Assembly (NCBI GenBank): GCA_017938205.1
Contig: JAGBCA010000001.1
Coordinates: 7,257 to 71,256 of the forward strand
Origin: Clostridia bacterium
GTDB taxonomy: Bacteria > Bacillota > Clostridia > Oscillospirales > CAG-272
Direction: 5' to 3'
DNA length: 64,000 bases
Each line of letters starts with the position of its first letter. The first letter of the stretch is position 1. Position numbers and translations under genes: made by a program. Below the pieces are notes generated by a model. That model did no database searches. It had not been told where the DNA came from and saw only the letters and a program-made list of their open reading frames with translations. Positions 9,273-17,907 of this stretch are shown in pieces.

Positions 9273-10784
9273 TTATTCTGCAAAAACATCTGTCAGCGTA
9301 ACGTTCTTGGCCTTTTTGATCATGATCTGCTGCATTGCGCCGTCCGAAAGGCGAGGCAGACGGATGTTCTTGAAGGTCACGCGCTCGATCTCGCAGCCCT
9401 CCTTGTCCAGTCCCTCCACGTAGATCGCGTTGATGTCGTTCTTCAGCCGCTCTCCGGTGCTCCAATGCACGAAAAAGCTCTCGCCCGCGAGCGTCATATT
9501 TTCAAAATGAAAATCCGAAAGATGCGCATAGGTCGGCGCACCGATACCGTCGTTGTTATACCCCACCGTACCAACGATGCGCACCATAGCCGCATCAGTA
9601 TCGTACACGCGGATATTTTTTATGTAGCCGCCGCGCTTCTCGGCGGACTTGATATGAATGCCCCAGGCGGCGTTTTTCATATCGCAATCCCAGATCGTTA
9701 CGTTTTCCACACCGCCGCTCATTTCGCTGCCGATCGCGATCGAATGGCCGCAAACGGCCGAGCAGTCAAACACGCGGATATTCTTTGTCGGGCGGCCTAT
9801 GATATTGCCCTCGGGATTTTTGCCGGACTTGATCGCCACGCAGTCATCACCCGTCTCAAAGCGCGTATCAAAGAGCACGCAATCCTCCGAGGAATCGGGA
9901 TCCCAGCCGTCACCGTTGTGCACGGAGGCGGAGTGGATATAACAGCCGCTCGTGATGATCTCTTTTGAATAGATAAAATGGATATTCCAGCTCGGGCCAT
10001 TCGAGAGATACAGTCCCGAGAGGATCACGCGGCGGCAGTTTGCCATCTGGATCAGGCGGCCGCGCGCACGGCCGGGAATCGTCCATGCGGTCTCGCATTC
10101 CTTGATCGATTCGCCGAGCGAGTCCATATAATCCTTCATCTGCACCATTTCCTCGGCAATGATGCCGTCGCAAAGTGCCGCACCGCCGCCACAGAGCTTG
10201 CCCTCGCCGCGGATGATCACGTTCTCGCAGTTATAGCCACTTTCGTGATCCAGCGTGCCGAGATTGAGAAGCGACTGATAGCACATCTGCTCAATGCCCT
10301 CAAAGCGGCTCTTTACCTTGGGAAGATAATCGTGAAAATCCGCCGTTCCCTGCAAAACGCCGCCCTTTTCAATATAAATATAAGTGTCCGAGTGCACGAA
10401 AAGTCCGCCGGTCAAAAACACGCCCTCGGGGATATACACGCAGTCCCCTGCGCCTGCGGCATCCAAGGCGCTCTGCAGAGCCTTGGTGTTCAGCGTTTTT
10501 CCATCGCCAACAGCTCCGAAATCCGTCACCGAAAGTCGGCGCGGCAAGGGCTTCGTTTTTACAACGCCCTCACCGATCGGCGTTTTTCCTTCCGCGCCCG
10601 AAAGATACACCGAAATCGCATACTCGGTTTCGGGGCGAAGATCCTTCACCTTAAAATGCGTTTTCTTGCTCCGCCGCACCTCGCGCCCATCAAAGGAGAG
10701 AACGTAGCACTCATTCTGCGAAAGCGTGCGCACACGGTCAAAATAAACCTGTATTTCATCCTCAAAAATCAAATATTCGAGCAT
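9273..10784 (-). CDS. glycoside hydrolase family 28 (exo-polygalacturonase-like) with an N-terminal FN3-like domain
   Basis: The ORF spans 9273-10931. I trimmed the start to MLEYLIFEDE (RBS AGAGGGA). DFGAVGDGKTLNTKALQSALD is the hallmark start of the beta-helix. GDGWDPDS and GDDCVAIKSG match the GH28 NTDG/GDD motifs. Confidence 0.8.
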   Translation of the reverse strand: MLEYLIFEDEIQVYFDRVRTLSQNECYVLSFDGREVRRSKKTHFKVKDLRPETEYAISVYLSGAEGKTPIGEGVVKTKPLPRRLSVTDFGAVGDGKTLNTKALQSALDAAGAGDCVYIPEGVFLTGGLFVHSDTYIYIEKGGVLQGTADFHDYLPKVKSRFEGIEQMCYQSLLNLGTLDHESGYNCENVIIRGEGKLCGGGAALCDGIIAEEMVQMKDYMDSLGESIKECETAWTIPGRARGRLIQMANCRRVILSGLYLSNGPSWNIHFIYSKEIITSGCYIHSASVHNGDGWDPDSSEDCVLFDTRFETGDDCVAIKSGKNPEGNIIGRPTKNIRVFDCSAVCGHSIAIGSEMSGGVENVTIWDCDMKNAAWGIHIKSAEKRGGYIKNIRVYDTDAAMVRIVGTVGYNNDGIGAPTYAHLSDFHFENMTLAGESFFVHWSTGERLKNDINAIYVEGLDKEGCEIERVTFKNIRLPRLSDGAMQQIMIKKAKNVTLTDVFAE

Positions 10785-10803
10785 TTTTTCCCTCTTAATA
10801 AAA

Positions 10804-11625
10804 CTACAACACGATCTGCCCCGCATCCAGATTGCGGATGATGCGCGCAATGGCGTGCTCTTCGTTTGAAACGGTGATACGATCGGCGGCGCGCTTTGCG
10901 GCCTCCGATGCGTTTTCCACGGCAATGCCAACGCCCGCCGCCTTCAGCATCGATACATCGTTATCAAAATCTCCAACAGCGACCGTGCGCTTCATATCCA
11001 CACAAGCGGCCCTTGCGATGTGCGGCAATGCCGCACCCTTGGAAGCACCCTTGGGCAGGATCTCATAGATCGTTTTCTCCGAGCGAATGAAATCAAAATG
11101 CGCCGCCAGCGGATGTGCGGCGAGCAGCTCTGCCAGCCGTTCCAGCATAGCCCCCTCTCTGTGAAGAAAGATCATTTTACCAACGGTTTCATCCCGCTTA
11201 CGGTAGGAGCAGACCTTATACGGCAGACCCGTGATCCTTCGGAAATCCTGCTGTGCGGGATTGTCCTTGCAGAAATACACGTTTCGCGCCGTGTTGAGCT
11301 GAATGCCGATCTCGGGCAGCTCACGGTCCACAAGCTCCGTCAGCACGATCGACTCCTCAGGCAGCTCGGAAAAATGCAAAAACGTGTCCGTCTCATAATC
11401 GTAAACGCCACCGCCGTTGAAGCAGCCGATCGGCGCATTCGGGCGCACCGCATCGTACACCGCCTGTGCGGCCGTTGGCACGCGACCCGTAATAAAGGTG
11501 AAGCGACCGCCATTTGCTTTAAAATAGTCGATCGCCTCTTTATTTTCTCTTGATATGCTTTTGTCTGCACGCAGAAGCGTTCCGTCCAGATCCGTGCAGA
11601 GCAGAATTCCTTCGAATTTTTTCAC
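10804..11625 (-). CDS. Cof-type HAD-IIB family hydrolase (sugar phosphatase-like)
   Basis: 273-aa ORF with the motifs LLCTDLDGTLL and VAVGDFDNDVSM. Confidence 0.8.
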   Translation of the reverse strand: MKKFEGILLCTDLDGTLLRADKSISRENKEAIDYFKANGGRFTFITGRVPTAAQAVYDAVRPNAPIGCFNGGGVYDYETDTFLHFSELPEESIVLTELVDRELPEIGIQLNTARNVYFCKDNPAQQDFRRITGLPYKVCSYRKRDETVGKMIFLHREGAMLERLAELLAAHPLAAHFDFIRSEKTIYEILPKGASKGAALPHIARAACVDMKRTVAVGDFDNDVSMLKAAGVGIAVENASEAAKRAADRITVSNEEHAIARIIRNLDAGQIVL

Positions 11626-11640
11626 TTTTTCCCTCTTTTA

Positions 11641-12753
11641 TCAATCCGCCGCCAGCTTCTCCATCACGTCGCGCACGATCCATTCCAGCTCATCCCACTT
11701 CCGCTCAATATCCTTGGCAAGCTGCAGCTGGCAGCGTGTGCGCACGAGGTTGTGCTTCGGATACACGCATTTAAAATAATGATCGCCCGTGATATAATCG
11801 TCGAGGAAGCGGCTCGCAAGCTCGATGGTGATGGCAAAGGTAGCCTTCACAAGATTCTGGATCTCCACGGGCTCCAGCGACTTGTAGGTCGCGCCGATAA
11901 AGCCGTTGGCAAAGGCGCGGAACTTCGCGGTATCGAAGAACACCTTCGAGGTATCTGCTTCGTCCTCCACCGCCGTGTTTGCTATAAAGCGAACGGCATC
12001 CGCAAAGTCATATACCGACATTCCGGGCATAATGGTGTCAAGATCGATCACCACGAGCGGCTCCTTAGTCTTGCGGTCAAAGAGAACGTTGTTGCATTTC
12101 GTGTCGTTGTGCGTCACGCGCTTGGGGATCTGCCCCTCGGCAAACATAACGCTCAGCTCCGAGGCCGTGCCCGAGCTTTTTCTTATATAATCGATCTCGG
12201 CCTTCACCTCGCGCACGCGGCCGCAGGGATCCTCTGCCACGTGCAAAAACAGCGTGTCGAGGCGCTTTTTCGTGTTATGAAAATCCGGGATCGTTTCGTG
12301 CAGAAGCGTGCCGTCAAAATCCGCAAGCTGCGTCTGAAAATGGCCGAAGGCCTTACCCGTCGCCTCGATCACGGCAAGATCATCCGAGGCATTGAAGGTC
12401 ACACTGTCCACGTAGTTGACGATGCGCCAGAAGGAATCTCCGTCCTGCACGTAGTAGTTCTGCCCCTCGTCCGTATGGTGAAAATGCAACGACACCTGAT
12501 CGGGATAGCGCTCACGGATAAAGCTCGTCACGCGGTCGATATTTTCCATGATCTGCACGGGATTTTTGAAAACGTGCGTATTAACTCTTTGGAACAGATA
12601 GGATTTCAGCGTTTCATCCTCGCGCATATAAGTGACCTTATAGGTAGCGTTGATGTTTCCCATCGTGATGGCATCGTAGGAATAGATCTCGCCGCGAAGT
12701 CTGAATTTTTGTCCGATGACCTTCAGAGTGTTATACATAAAAATCTCCTTCAA
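11641..12753 (-). CDS. nahK: N-acetylhexosamine 1-kinase-like phosphotransferase (APH/choline-kinase fold)
   Basis: 370-aa ORF. The motifs VTHNDTKCNNVLFD, VIDLDTIMPG and YPKHNLVRTRCQL closely follow my recollection of Bifidobacterium NahK (VTHNDTKLNNILMD, IIDLDTIMPG, YPEHNLVRTRTQI). Confidence 0.7.
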   Translation of the reverse strand: MKEIFMYNTLKVIGQKFRLRGEIYSYDAITMGNINATYKVTYMREDETLKSYLFQRVNTHVFKNPVQIMENIDRVTSFIRERYPDQVSLHFHHTDEGQNYYVQDGDSFWRIVNYVDSVTFNASDDLAVIEATGKAFGHFQTQLADFDGTLLHETIPDFHNTKKRLDTLFLHVAEDPCGRVREVKAEIDYIRKSSGTASELSVMFAEGQIPKRVTHNDTKCNNVLFDRKTKEPLVVIDLDTIMPGMSVYDFADAVRFIANTAVEDEADTSKVFFDTAKFRAFANGFIGATYKSLEPVEIQNLVKATFAITIELASRFLDDYITGDHYFKCVYPKHNLVRTRCQLQLAKDIERKWDELEWIVRDVMEKLAAD

Positions 12754-12785
12754 AACGTTTTTGTCGCGTTCGTTCTATGTAAAAA

Positions 12786-13976
12786 TCAAATACCAAGCTG
12801 TGAAAGGAATTTTTCCATTTCTCCCGCCTGCGTCTGCGTGATCCCACGGTTGACCGAAAGCTCGTGCATACTGCTGCGCAGCCTTCCGCCAAACACGAGA
12901 CGGAACCAGCGGCGCACCTGCATCACGGGCAGAAGCCACGGATGCTTATCCAGAACGGGATACATCCGTGCAAGCGAGGTGCGGGACAGAAAGATGCGCG
13001 AGAGCGCATAGCGAAGCTTGCCGCCGCGCCTGCCCTGCTGAGCAAGCACCCTGTTATCCACCGTGCCGTACACGCCGCCCGCAAGAAGATACGCTTCAAG
13101 CCTTCGCGAAAGCTCGGTATGGCTCTCTCCCATAAACCAAACGCGGGAAAGCAAAAGCACCTGCTCCGAAAAGGTCAGAAGCCCTGCCTCAGAAAGAAGC
13201 GCACGCGCTCCCTCAAAATCGGGATGCATCCGCGTTTGCATAATAAAAAGATCTATAAACGGCTTGATCCCGCATCCGCCACCCGTAAAGTGATACGCCA
13301 TATGTGCAACGTGATGCAAAATAAAAAACGATGTTTTTTGTGTAAAAAGACAACTATTGTTTGCATCTTGCTCGGAAAACTCCCAGACGCGGGAAAGAAC
13401 ATCATCGTATTTTTGTTTTCCGCTCAAAATGTTAAAGTGCAATTCAAGGTGCACCCCTGCCGGGGAATAGAGGTGAATGTCGTGGAAGTTTTTTCTTCCC
13501 TCCACGCGGTAGCCTGCGCCCTCGCAGAGCACTGTGCAAGCGCGCTCAAGATCCTCCTCATGCACCAGCATATCGATATCGCAGCTGCTGCGATGCCAAG
13601 GCTCGGGGTAATAATCTCTCAAAACGGAGCCCTTGAGGGGCATATGCGCAATGCCTGCAGCCGAAAGCACGCGGCCGATCTCCGAGAGCGCATAGCGCAA
13701 GCCCTCGTAGCGATACACCGCCACCATCTGCATTTTCTCGCAATGCGCAAGAAGCGCGGCGCGCTTCTCCTCCTCGGCAGCCTCTGCAAGCCCTTCGCTA
13801 AGCAAGCCGCTTCGCATCAGTGCCGCCGCAACAATGTGCGCAAGATCATGCGCCTTCGCAAGGCGCAAAAGCGCCGCCGCGCCGTCCAAGGTCAGCGAAG
13901 CGATCGCCTCTTTTTCCACCGCCTCGCCCATGATCTCGGAGCGAAGCAGGGCGAAAAGCATTTCTCTCGTTTCCAT
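12786..13976 (-). CDS. uncharacterised Pol-beta-superfamily nucleotidyltransferase (NTP_transf_5-like)
   Basis: 396-aa ORF. It has the NTase signature KGS-x14-CDIDMLV. The N-terminal helical region LFALLRSEI...LLRLAKAHDL is typical of this family of unknown function. Confidence 0.6.
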   Translation of the reverse strand: METREMLFALLRSEIMGEAVEKEAIASLTLDGAAALLRLAKAHDLAHIVAAALMRSGLLSEGLAEAAEEEKRAALLAHCEKMQMVAVYRYEGLRYALSEIGRVLSAAGIAHMPLKGSVLRDYYPEPWHRSSCDIDMLVHEEDLERACTVLCEGAGYRVEGRKNFHDIHLYSPAGVHLELHFNILSGKQKYDDVLSRVWEFSEQDANNSCLFTQKTSFFILHHVAHMAYHFTGGGCGIKPFIDLFIMQTRMHPDFEGARALLSEAGLLTFSEQVLLLSRVWFMGESHTELSRRLEAYLLAGGVYGTVDNRVLAQQGRRGGKLRYALSRIFLSRTSLARMYPVLDKHPWLLPVMQVRRWFRLVFGGRLRSSMHELSVNRGITQTQAGEMEKFLSQLGI

Positions 13977-14097
13977 ATTCCGCTCCTTTCTTTTTGTGGG
14001 AGGAGCAAGCCCCTCCCCTACATTTTTATGTTACATCTCTGCTTTGTACGCAGGCAGTACCGTCTGCGCACAAAACCGATTTGAACGAGTGGATTTT

Positions 14098-14222
14098 GAG
14101 GGAGAATTTTCGTTCTTCGGGGCGATAGGTGTACGAGGGTACACCGAGCCACGAAAACGGAAATAGAAAATGGTTTTAGTAGAATGGAAGAAAAACGGAG
14201 TTTTTCAACCTTAATACCTTAT
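14098..14222 (-). repeat. dispersed short copy of the 248-bp repeat family seen at 37861-38440
   Basis: The reverse complement reads ggttgaaaaactccgtttttcttcc...ttttctatttccgttttcg...gaacgaaaattctccctc. It shares the 5' hairpin module and the ttttctatttccgttt block with the 38-kb units. The middle of the unit is replaced by the hairpin ggtgtaccctcgtacacc. Confidence 0.6.
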
Positions 14223-14305
14223 CAAATTCGCGCAAACCTTCAAGGAGGCACCCATCAATAATAAAAATCAACCATTTTCGATCTCACCGAAATGCACCGT
14301 TCAAA

Positions 14306-15490
14306 TCAAAACTTGCGCCATACCATCTTATCCACCACTCCCACATAGGACTGAATGATCTTCACAACCTTCGTGGAAACGTTTTCTTCAATATAATCCG
14401 GCACGGGAATACCGTAATCGCCGTTCTGATTCATCGTTACAGCCGTATCCACGGACTGCAGAAGTCCCTTCTCATCGATACCCGAGAGAATGAAGCAAGC
14501 CTTATCCAGCGCCTCGGGGCGCTCGGTGGAGGTGCGGATGCAGATCGCGGGGAACGGATGGCCGATGCTCGTGAAGAAAGAGCTCTCTTCGGGGAGCGTT
14601 CCGCTATCGGAAACCACCGCAAATGCATTCATTTGCAAACAATTGTAGTCATGGAAGCCGAGAGGCTCGTGCCGGATCACGCGAGGATCCAGCTTGAAGC
14701 CGCTCTTTTCCAAACGGTTGCGGCTACGGGGATGGCAGGAATAGAGAATCGGCATATCGTACTTCTCTGCCATTTTGTTAATCGCGTTAAAGAGACTTTC
14801 GAAGTTCTTCTCGGTGTCAATATTCTCCTCGCGGTGTGCGGAGAGAAGGATGTATCTGCCCTTTTCAAGGCCGAGGCGCTGATGGATATCCGAGGCCTCG
14901 ATCTCCGCGAGATTGTTGTGCAGAACCTCTGCCATGGGCGAGCCGGTCACGTAGGTACGCTCCTTAGGCAGGCCACAATCCGCAAGATAGCGGCGCGCGT
15001 GCTCGCTGTACGCAAGGTTGACGTCCGAAATAATATCCACGATGCGGCGGTTGGTCTCCTCGGGAAGGCACTCATCCTTGCAGCGGTTGCCCGCCTCCAT
15101 ATGGAAGATCGGAATGTGAAGCCGCTTCGCGCCGATCACGGAAAGGCAGGAGTTCGTATCGCCAAGAACAAGCACGCCGTCGGGCTTGATCTCACTCATC
15201 AGCTTATAGGATTTTGCAATAATATTGCCGCAGGTCTCACCAAGATCGGCACCAACGGCGTTGAGATACACCTCGGGATCGGCGAGCTTCAGATCCTTGA
15301 AAAAAACGCCGTTGAGGTTATAATCGTAGTTCTGTCCGGTGTGGGCAAGAATGGTGTCAAAATAGGTGCGGCACTTGTTGATCACGGCAGCCAGGCGAAT
15401 GATCTCGGGGCGCGTGCCAACGATGATCAAAAGCTTCAGCTTTCCGTTTTCCTTCCATTTTGCTTCGGGAAATGCGCGATTGTCTTCCAT
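14306..15490 (-). CDS. fnlC: UDP-2-acetamido-2,6-dideoxy-L-talose 2-epimerase (non-hydrolysing UDP-GlcNAc 2-epimerase family, FnlC/CapG type)
   Basis: 394-aa ORF with the epimerase N-terminus KLLIIVGTRPEIIRLA. It lies immediately downstream of fnlA and fnlB. Confidence 0.8.
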   Translation of the reverse strand: MEDNRAFPEAKWKENGKLKLLIIVGTRPEIIRLAAVINKCRTYFDTILAHTGQNYDYNLNGVFFKDLKLADPEVYLNAVGADLGETCGNIIAKSYKLMSEIKPDGVLVLGDTNSCLSVIGAKRLHIPIFHMEAGNRCKDECLPEETNRRIVDIISDVNLAYSEHARRYLADCGLPKERTYVTGSPMAEVLHNNLAEIEASDIHQRLGLEKGRYILLSAHREENIDTEKNFESLFNAINKMAEKYDMPILYSCHPRSRNRLEKSGFKLDPRVIRHEPLGFHDYNCLQMNAFAVVSDSGTLPEESSFFTSIGHPFPAICIRTSTERPEALDKACFILSGIDEKGLLQSVDTAVTMNQNGDYGIPVPDYIEENVSTKVVKIIQSYVGVVDKMVWRKF

Positions 15491-15502
15491 CTTTTCTCTC
15501 CT

Positions 15503-16699
15503 TTAAACTTCTTCAAAAAAGGTATCGGGCTTCGCGGGGTCAAAGCATTCGTTCGCCCACATCACGGTCACAAGATCCTCGGTGTCCGAGAGATTGATAA
15601 TATTATGCGTATAGCCGGGGAGCATATGAATGGCCTCGATCTTCTCGCCGCTGACCTCAAAGCGAAGCACCTCATCCGAGTCGATCTTGCGCTCCTCGAT
15701 CATTCCGTGACCGGCAACCACGATAAAGAATTCCCACTTCGTGTTATGCCAATGCTGGCCCTTGGTGATGCCGGGCTTCGAGATATTCACGGAAAACTGA
15801 CCGCATTTCTCGGTGCGAAGCAGCTCCGTAAACGAGCCGCGCGCGTCCACGTTCATCTTTAAGGGGAAGGAGACCTTCTCCTTCGGAAGGTAGGAAAGGT
15901 AGGTGCTGTAAAGCTTCTTTGCAAAGGAGCCCTTCGGGATCTCGGGCATCGTCAAGGTTGCGGGCTGCGCCTTGAAGCTTTCGAGAAGCGAAACGATCTC
16001 ACCCAAGGTCACCTTATGCGTCACGGGTGCGGCGCAGTACGCGCCGTCATCGGCAAGAACGGTCGTGGTACCGTCAAAGCAGCAGTGATGCTCCTTGCCC
16101 TCCAGCGCGAGGAGCATCTCGTCCACGAGATCGTCAATATAAAGCAGCTCAAGCTTGACGGCAGGATCGTTCACGGTGATGGGCAGATCGTTTGCAATAT
16201 TATTGCAGAAGGTGGCAACGGCGCTGTTATAATTCGGTCTGCACCACTTGCCGAAAAGGTTCGGGAAACGGTAAACAAGCACCTTCGCGCCGGTCTGTTT
16301 TCCATAGGCAAACATAAGATCCTCGCCTGCCTTTTTGGAGCGGCCGTAGTCACTGTCATAGCGGCCGATGCAGGTTGCCTGAATGGAGGAGGAGATCATC
16401 ACGGGGCATTTATTTTCGTACTTCTTCAAGGTATCCAGCAGAGTGGAGGCAAAGCCGAAGTTGCCCTGCATAAACTCCTCTGCATTCTGCGGACGGTTCA
16501 CCCCTGCAAGATTGAATACGAAATCGCACTCCTTGCAGGCCTCCTCAAGCAGCGCGGCAGAGCTGTCAATATCATAGAGATAGATCTCCTCGATCGAAAG
16601 CCCCGGATGCGTTCTATCCTTGCCGTCCTTGATGTTTTTCAATGCGGCGGCAAGGTTTTTGCCAACGAAGCCTGCCGCACCGGTGATCAAAATTTTCAT
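15503..16699 (-). CDS. fnlB: CapF/FnlB-type reductase-epimerase (SDR N-domain plus cupin C-domain)
   Basis: 398-aa ORF with MKILITGAAGFVGKNL and NLFGKWCRPNYNSAVATFC. The C-terminal cupin region contains QHWHNTKWEFF. Confidence 0.8.
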   Translation of the reverse strand: MKILITGAAGFVGKNLAAALKNIKDGKDRTHPGLSIEEIYLYDIDSSAALLEEACKECDFVFNLAGVNRPQNAEEFMQGNFGFASTLLDTLKKYENKCPVMISSSIQATCIGRYDSDYGRSKKAGEDLMFAYGKQTGAKVLVYRFPNLFGKWCRPNYNSAVATFCNNIANDLPITVNDPAVKLELLYIDDLVDEMLLALEGKEHHCCFDGTTTVLADDGAYCAAPVTHKVTLGEIVSLLESFKAQPATLTMPEIPKGSFAKKLYSTYLSYLPKEKVSFPLKMNVDARGSFTELLRTEKCGQFSVNISKPGITKGQHWHNTKWEFFIVVAGHGMIEERKIDSDEVLRFEVSGEKIEAIHMLPGYTHNIINLSDTEDLVTVMWANECFDPAKPDTFFEEV

Positions 16700-16716
16700 A
16701 AGTCAGTTCTCTTCCC

Positions 16717-16833
16717 TTTCACGCTTGCGAAAGCAAGCATATCACGAACGGCTTGCCGTTCCATATCACGACCGAAGGTCTATATCACGAACGGCTTGCG
16801 TTCCATATCACGCTTGCGAAAAAGCAAGCATAG
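16717..16833. repeat. array of five mini-hairpins separated by a conserved (C/T)ATATCAC spacer
   Basis: The spacer copies start at 16739, 16763, 16782 and 16805, with a degenerate copy at 16717. The palindromes are gcttgcgaaagcaagc, gaacggcttgccgttc, gaccgaaggtc, gaacggcttgcgttc and gcttgcgaaaaagcaagc. The array fills the fnlA-fnlB gap. Confidence 0.8.
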
Positions 16834-16835
16834 GA

Positions 16836-17882
16836 TTATTTCTTTTCCTTTGCAAGCTCTTCCTGAATGTAAGCGAGAGAGGCGATCTTCGCCTTGGTCT
16901 CGGCAACGGTGAGGAGCTGGGTGTTGTTGGAATTAAACTCGGTGAGGGTGTTGCGCTCGGCATCGCCCTTATTGAAATACTTATCGTAGTTGAGTCCGCG
17001 CTTGTCGCAGGGCACGCGGTAGAAGTTGCCCATATCGATCGCGTTTGCGCACTCCTCATTGGTGAGAAGGGTTTCGTACATTTTCTCGCCGTGGCGGATA
17101 CCGATCACCTTGATCGCGTTCTTATCGCCGCCAAAGAGCTCGCAAACCGCTTCTGCCTGCGTCTGAATGGTGCAGGCGGGTGCCTTCTGCACGAGAATGT
17201 CACCGCTCTCGCCGTGCTCGAACGCGAACAGAACGAGATCCACGGCCTCGTCCAGCGACATAATAAAGCGCGTCATCGAGCCGTCCGTGATGGTGATCGG
17301 GTTGCCCGAGCGGATCTGCTCGATCCAAAGCGGGATAACCGAGCCGCGCGAGCACATAACGTTGCCGTAGCGCGTGCAGCAGATCTTCGTTTTCTCGGGG
17401 CTGACGGTTCTGGACTTCGCCACGATCACCTTCTCCATCATCGCCTTGGAGGTACCCATCGCGTTGACGGGATACGCGGCCTTATCCGTGGAAAGGCAAA
17501 CCACGTTCTTCACACCTGCCTCGATGGCGGCGGTCAGCACGTTCTCGGTGCCAAGCACGTTGGTCTTTACGGCCTCGATCGGGAAAAACTCGCAGGAGGG
17601 AACCTGCTTCAAGGCCGCCGCATGGAAGATATAATCCACGCCGTGCATCGCGTTCTTCACGCTTGCGAGATCGCGCACGTCGCCGATATAAAACTTGATC
17701 TTCTCCGCCACCTCGGGCATCTTCGCCTGAAACTCGTGGCGCATATCGTCCTGCTTCTTCTCGTCGCGCGAGAAAATACGGATCTCTCCGATATCCGTTC
17801 TCAGAAAGCGGTTCAGCACCGCGTTTCCGAAGCTACCCGTACCACCGGTAATAAGTAAGGTTTTGTTAGTGAAAAGTCCCAT
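16836..17882 (-). CDS. fnlA: UDP-GlcNAc 4,6-dehydratase/5-epimerase (FnlA/CapE type)
   Basis: 348-aa ORF. The segment LLITGGTGSFGNAVLNRFLRTDIGEIRIFSRDEKKQDDMRHEF is the characteristic CapE/FnlA N-terminus. Confidence 0.88.
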   Translation of the reverse strand: MGLFTNKTLLITGGTGSFGNAVLNRFLRTDIGEIRIFSRDEKKQDDMRHEFQAKMPEVAEKIKFYIGDVRDLASVKNAMHGVDYIFHAAALKQVPSCEFFPIEAVKTNVLGTENVLTAAIEAGVKNVVCLSTDKAAYPVNAMGTSKAMMEKVIVAKSRTVSPEKTKICCTRYGNVMCSRGSVIPLWIEQIRSGNPITITDGSMTRFIMSLDEAVDLVLFAFEHGESGDILVQKAPACTIQTQAEAVCELFGGDKNAIKVIGIRHGEKMYETLLTNEECANAIDMGNFYRVPCDKRGLNYDKYFNKGDAERNTLTEFNSNNTQLLTVAETKAKIASLAYIQEELAKEKK

Positions 17883-17907
17883 GATTTATTCTCCTATTCA
17901 ATACGTT

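Noticed and set aside
16717-16833. A CRISPR-array interpretation of the hairpin/spacer arrays. The same applies to 49759-49869 and 63760-63948.
   Set aside because: The constant element is only 7-8 nt against 24-48 nt for CRISPR repeats. The variable parts are 11-22-nt perfect palindromes rather than protospacer-like sequences. The arrays have at most 5-7 units and there are no cas genes in the window.
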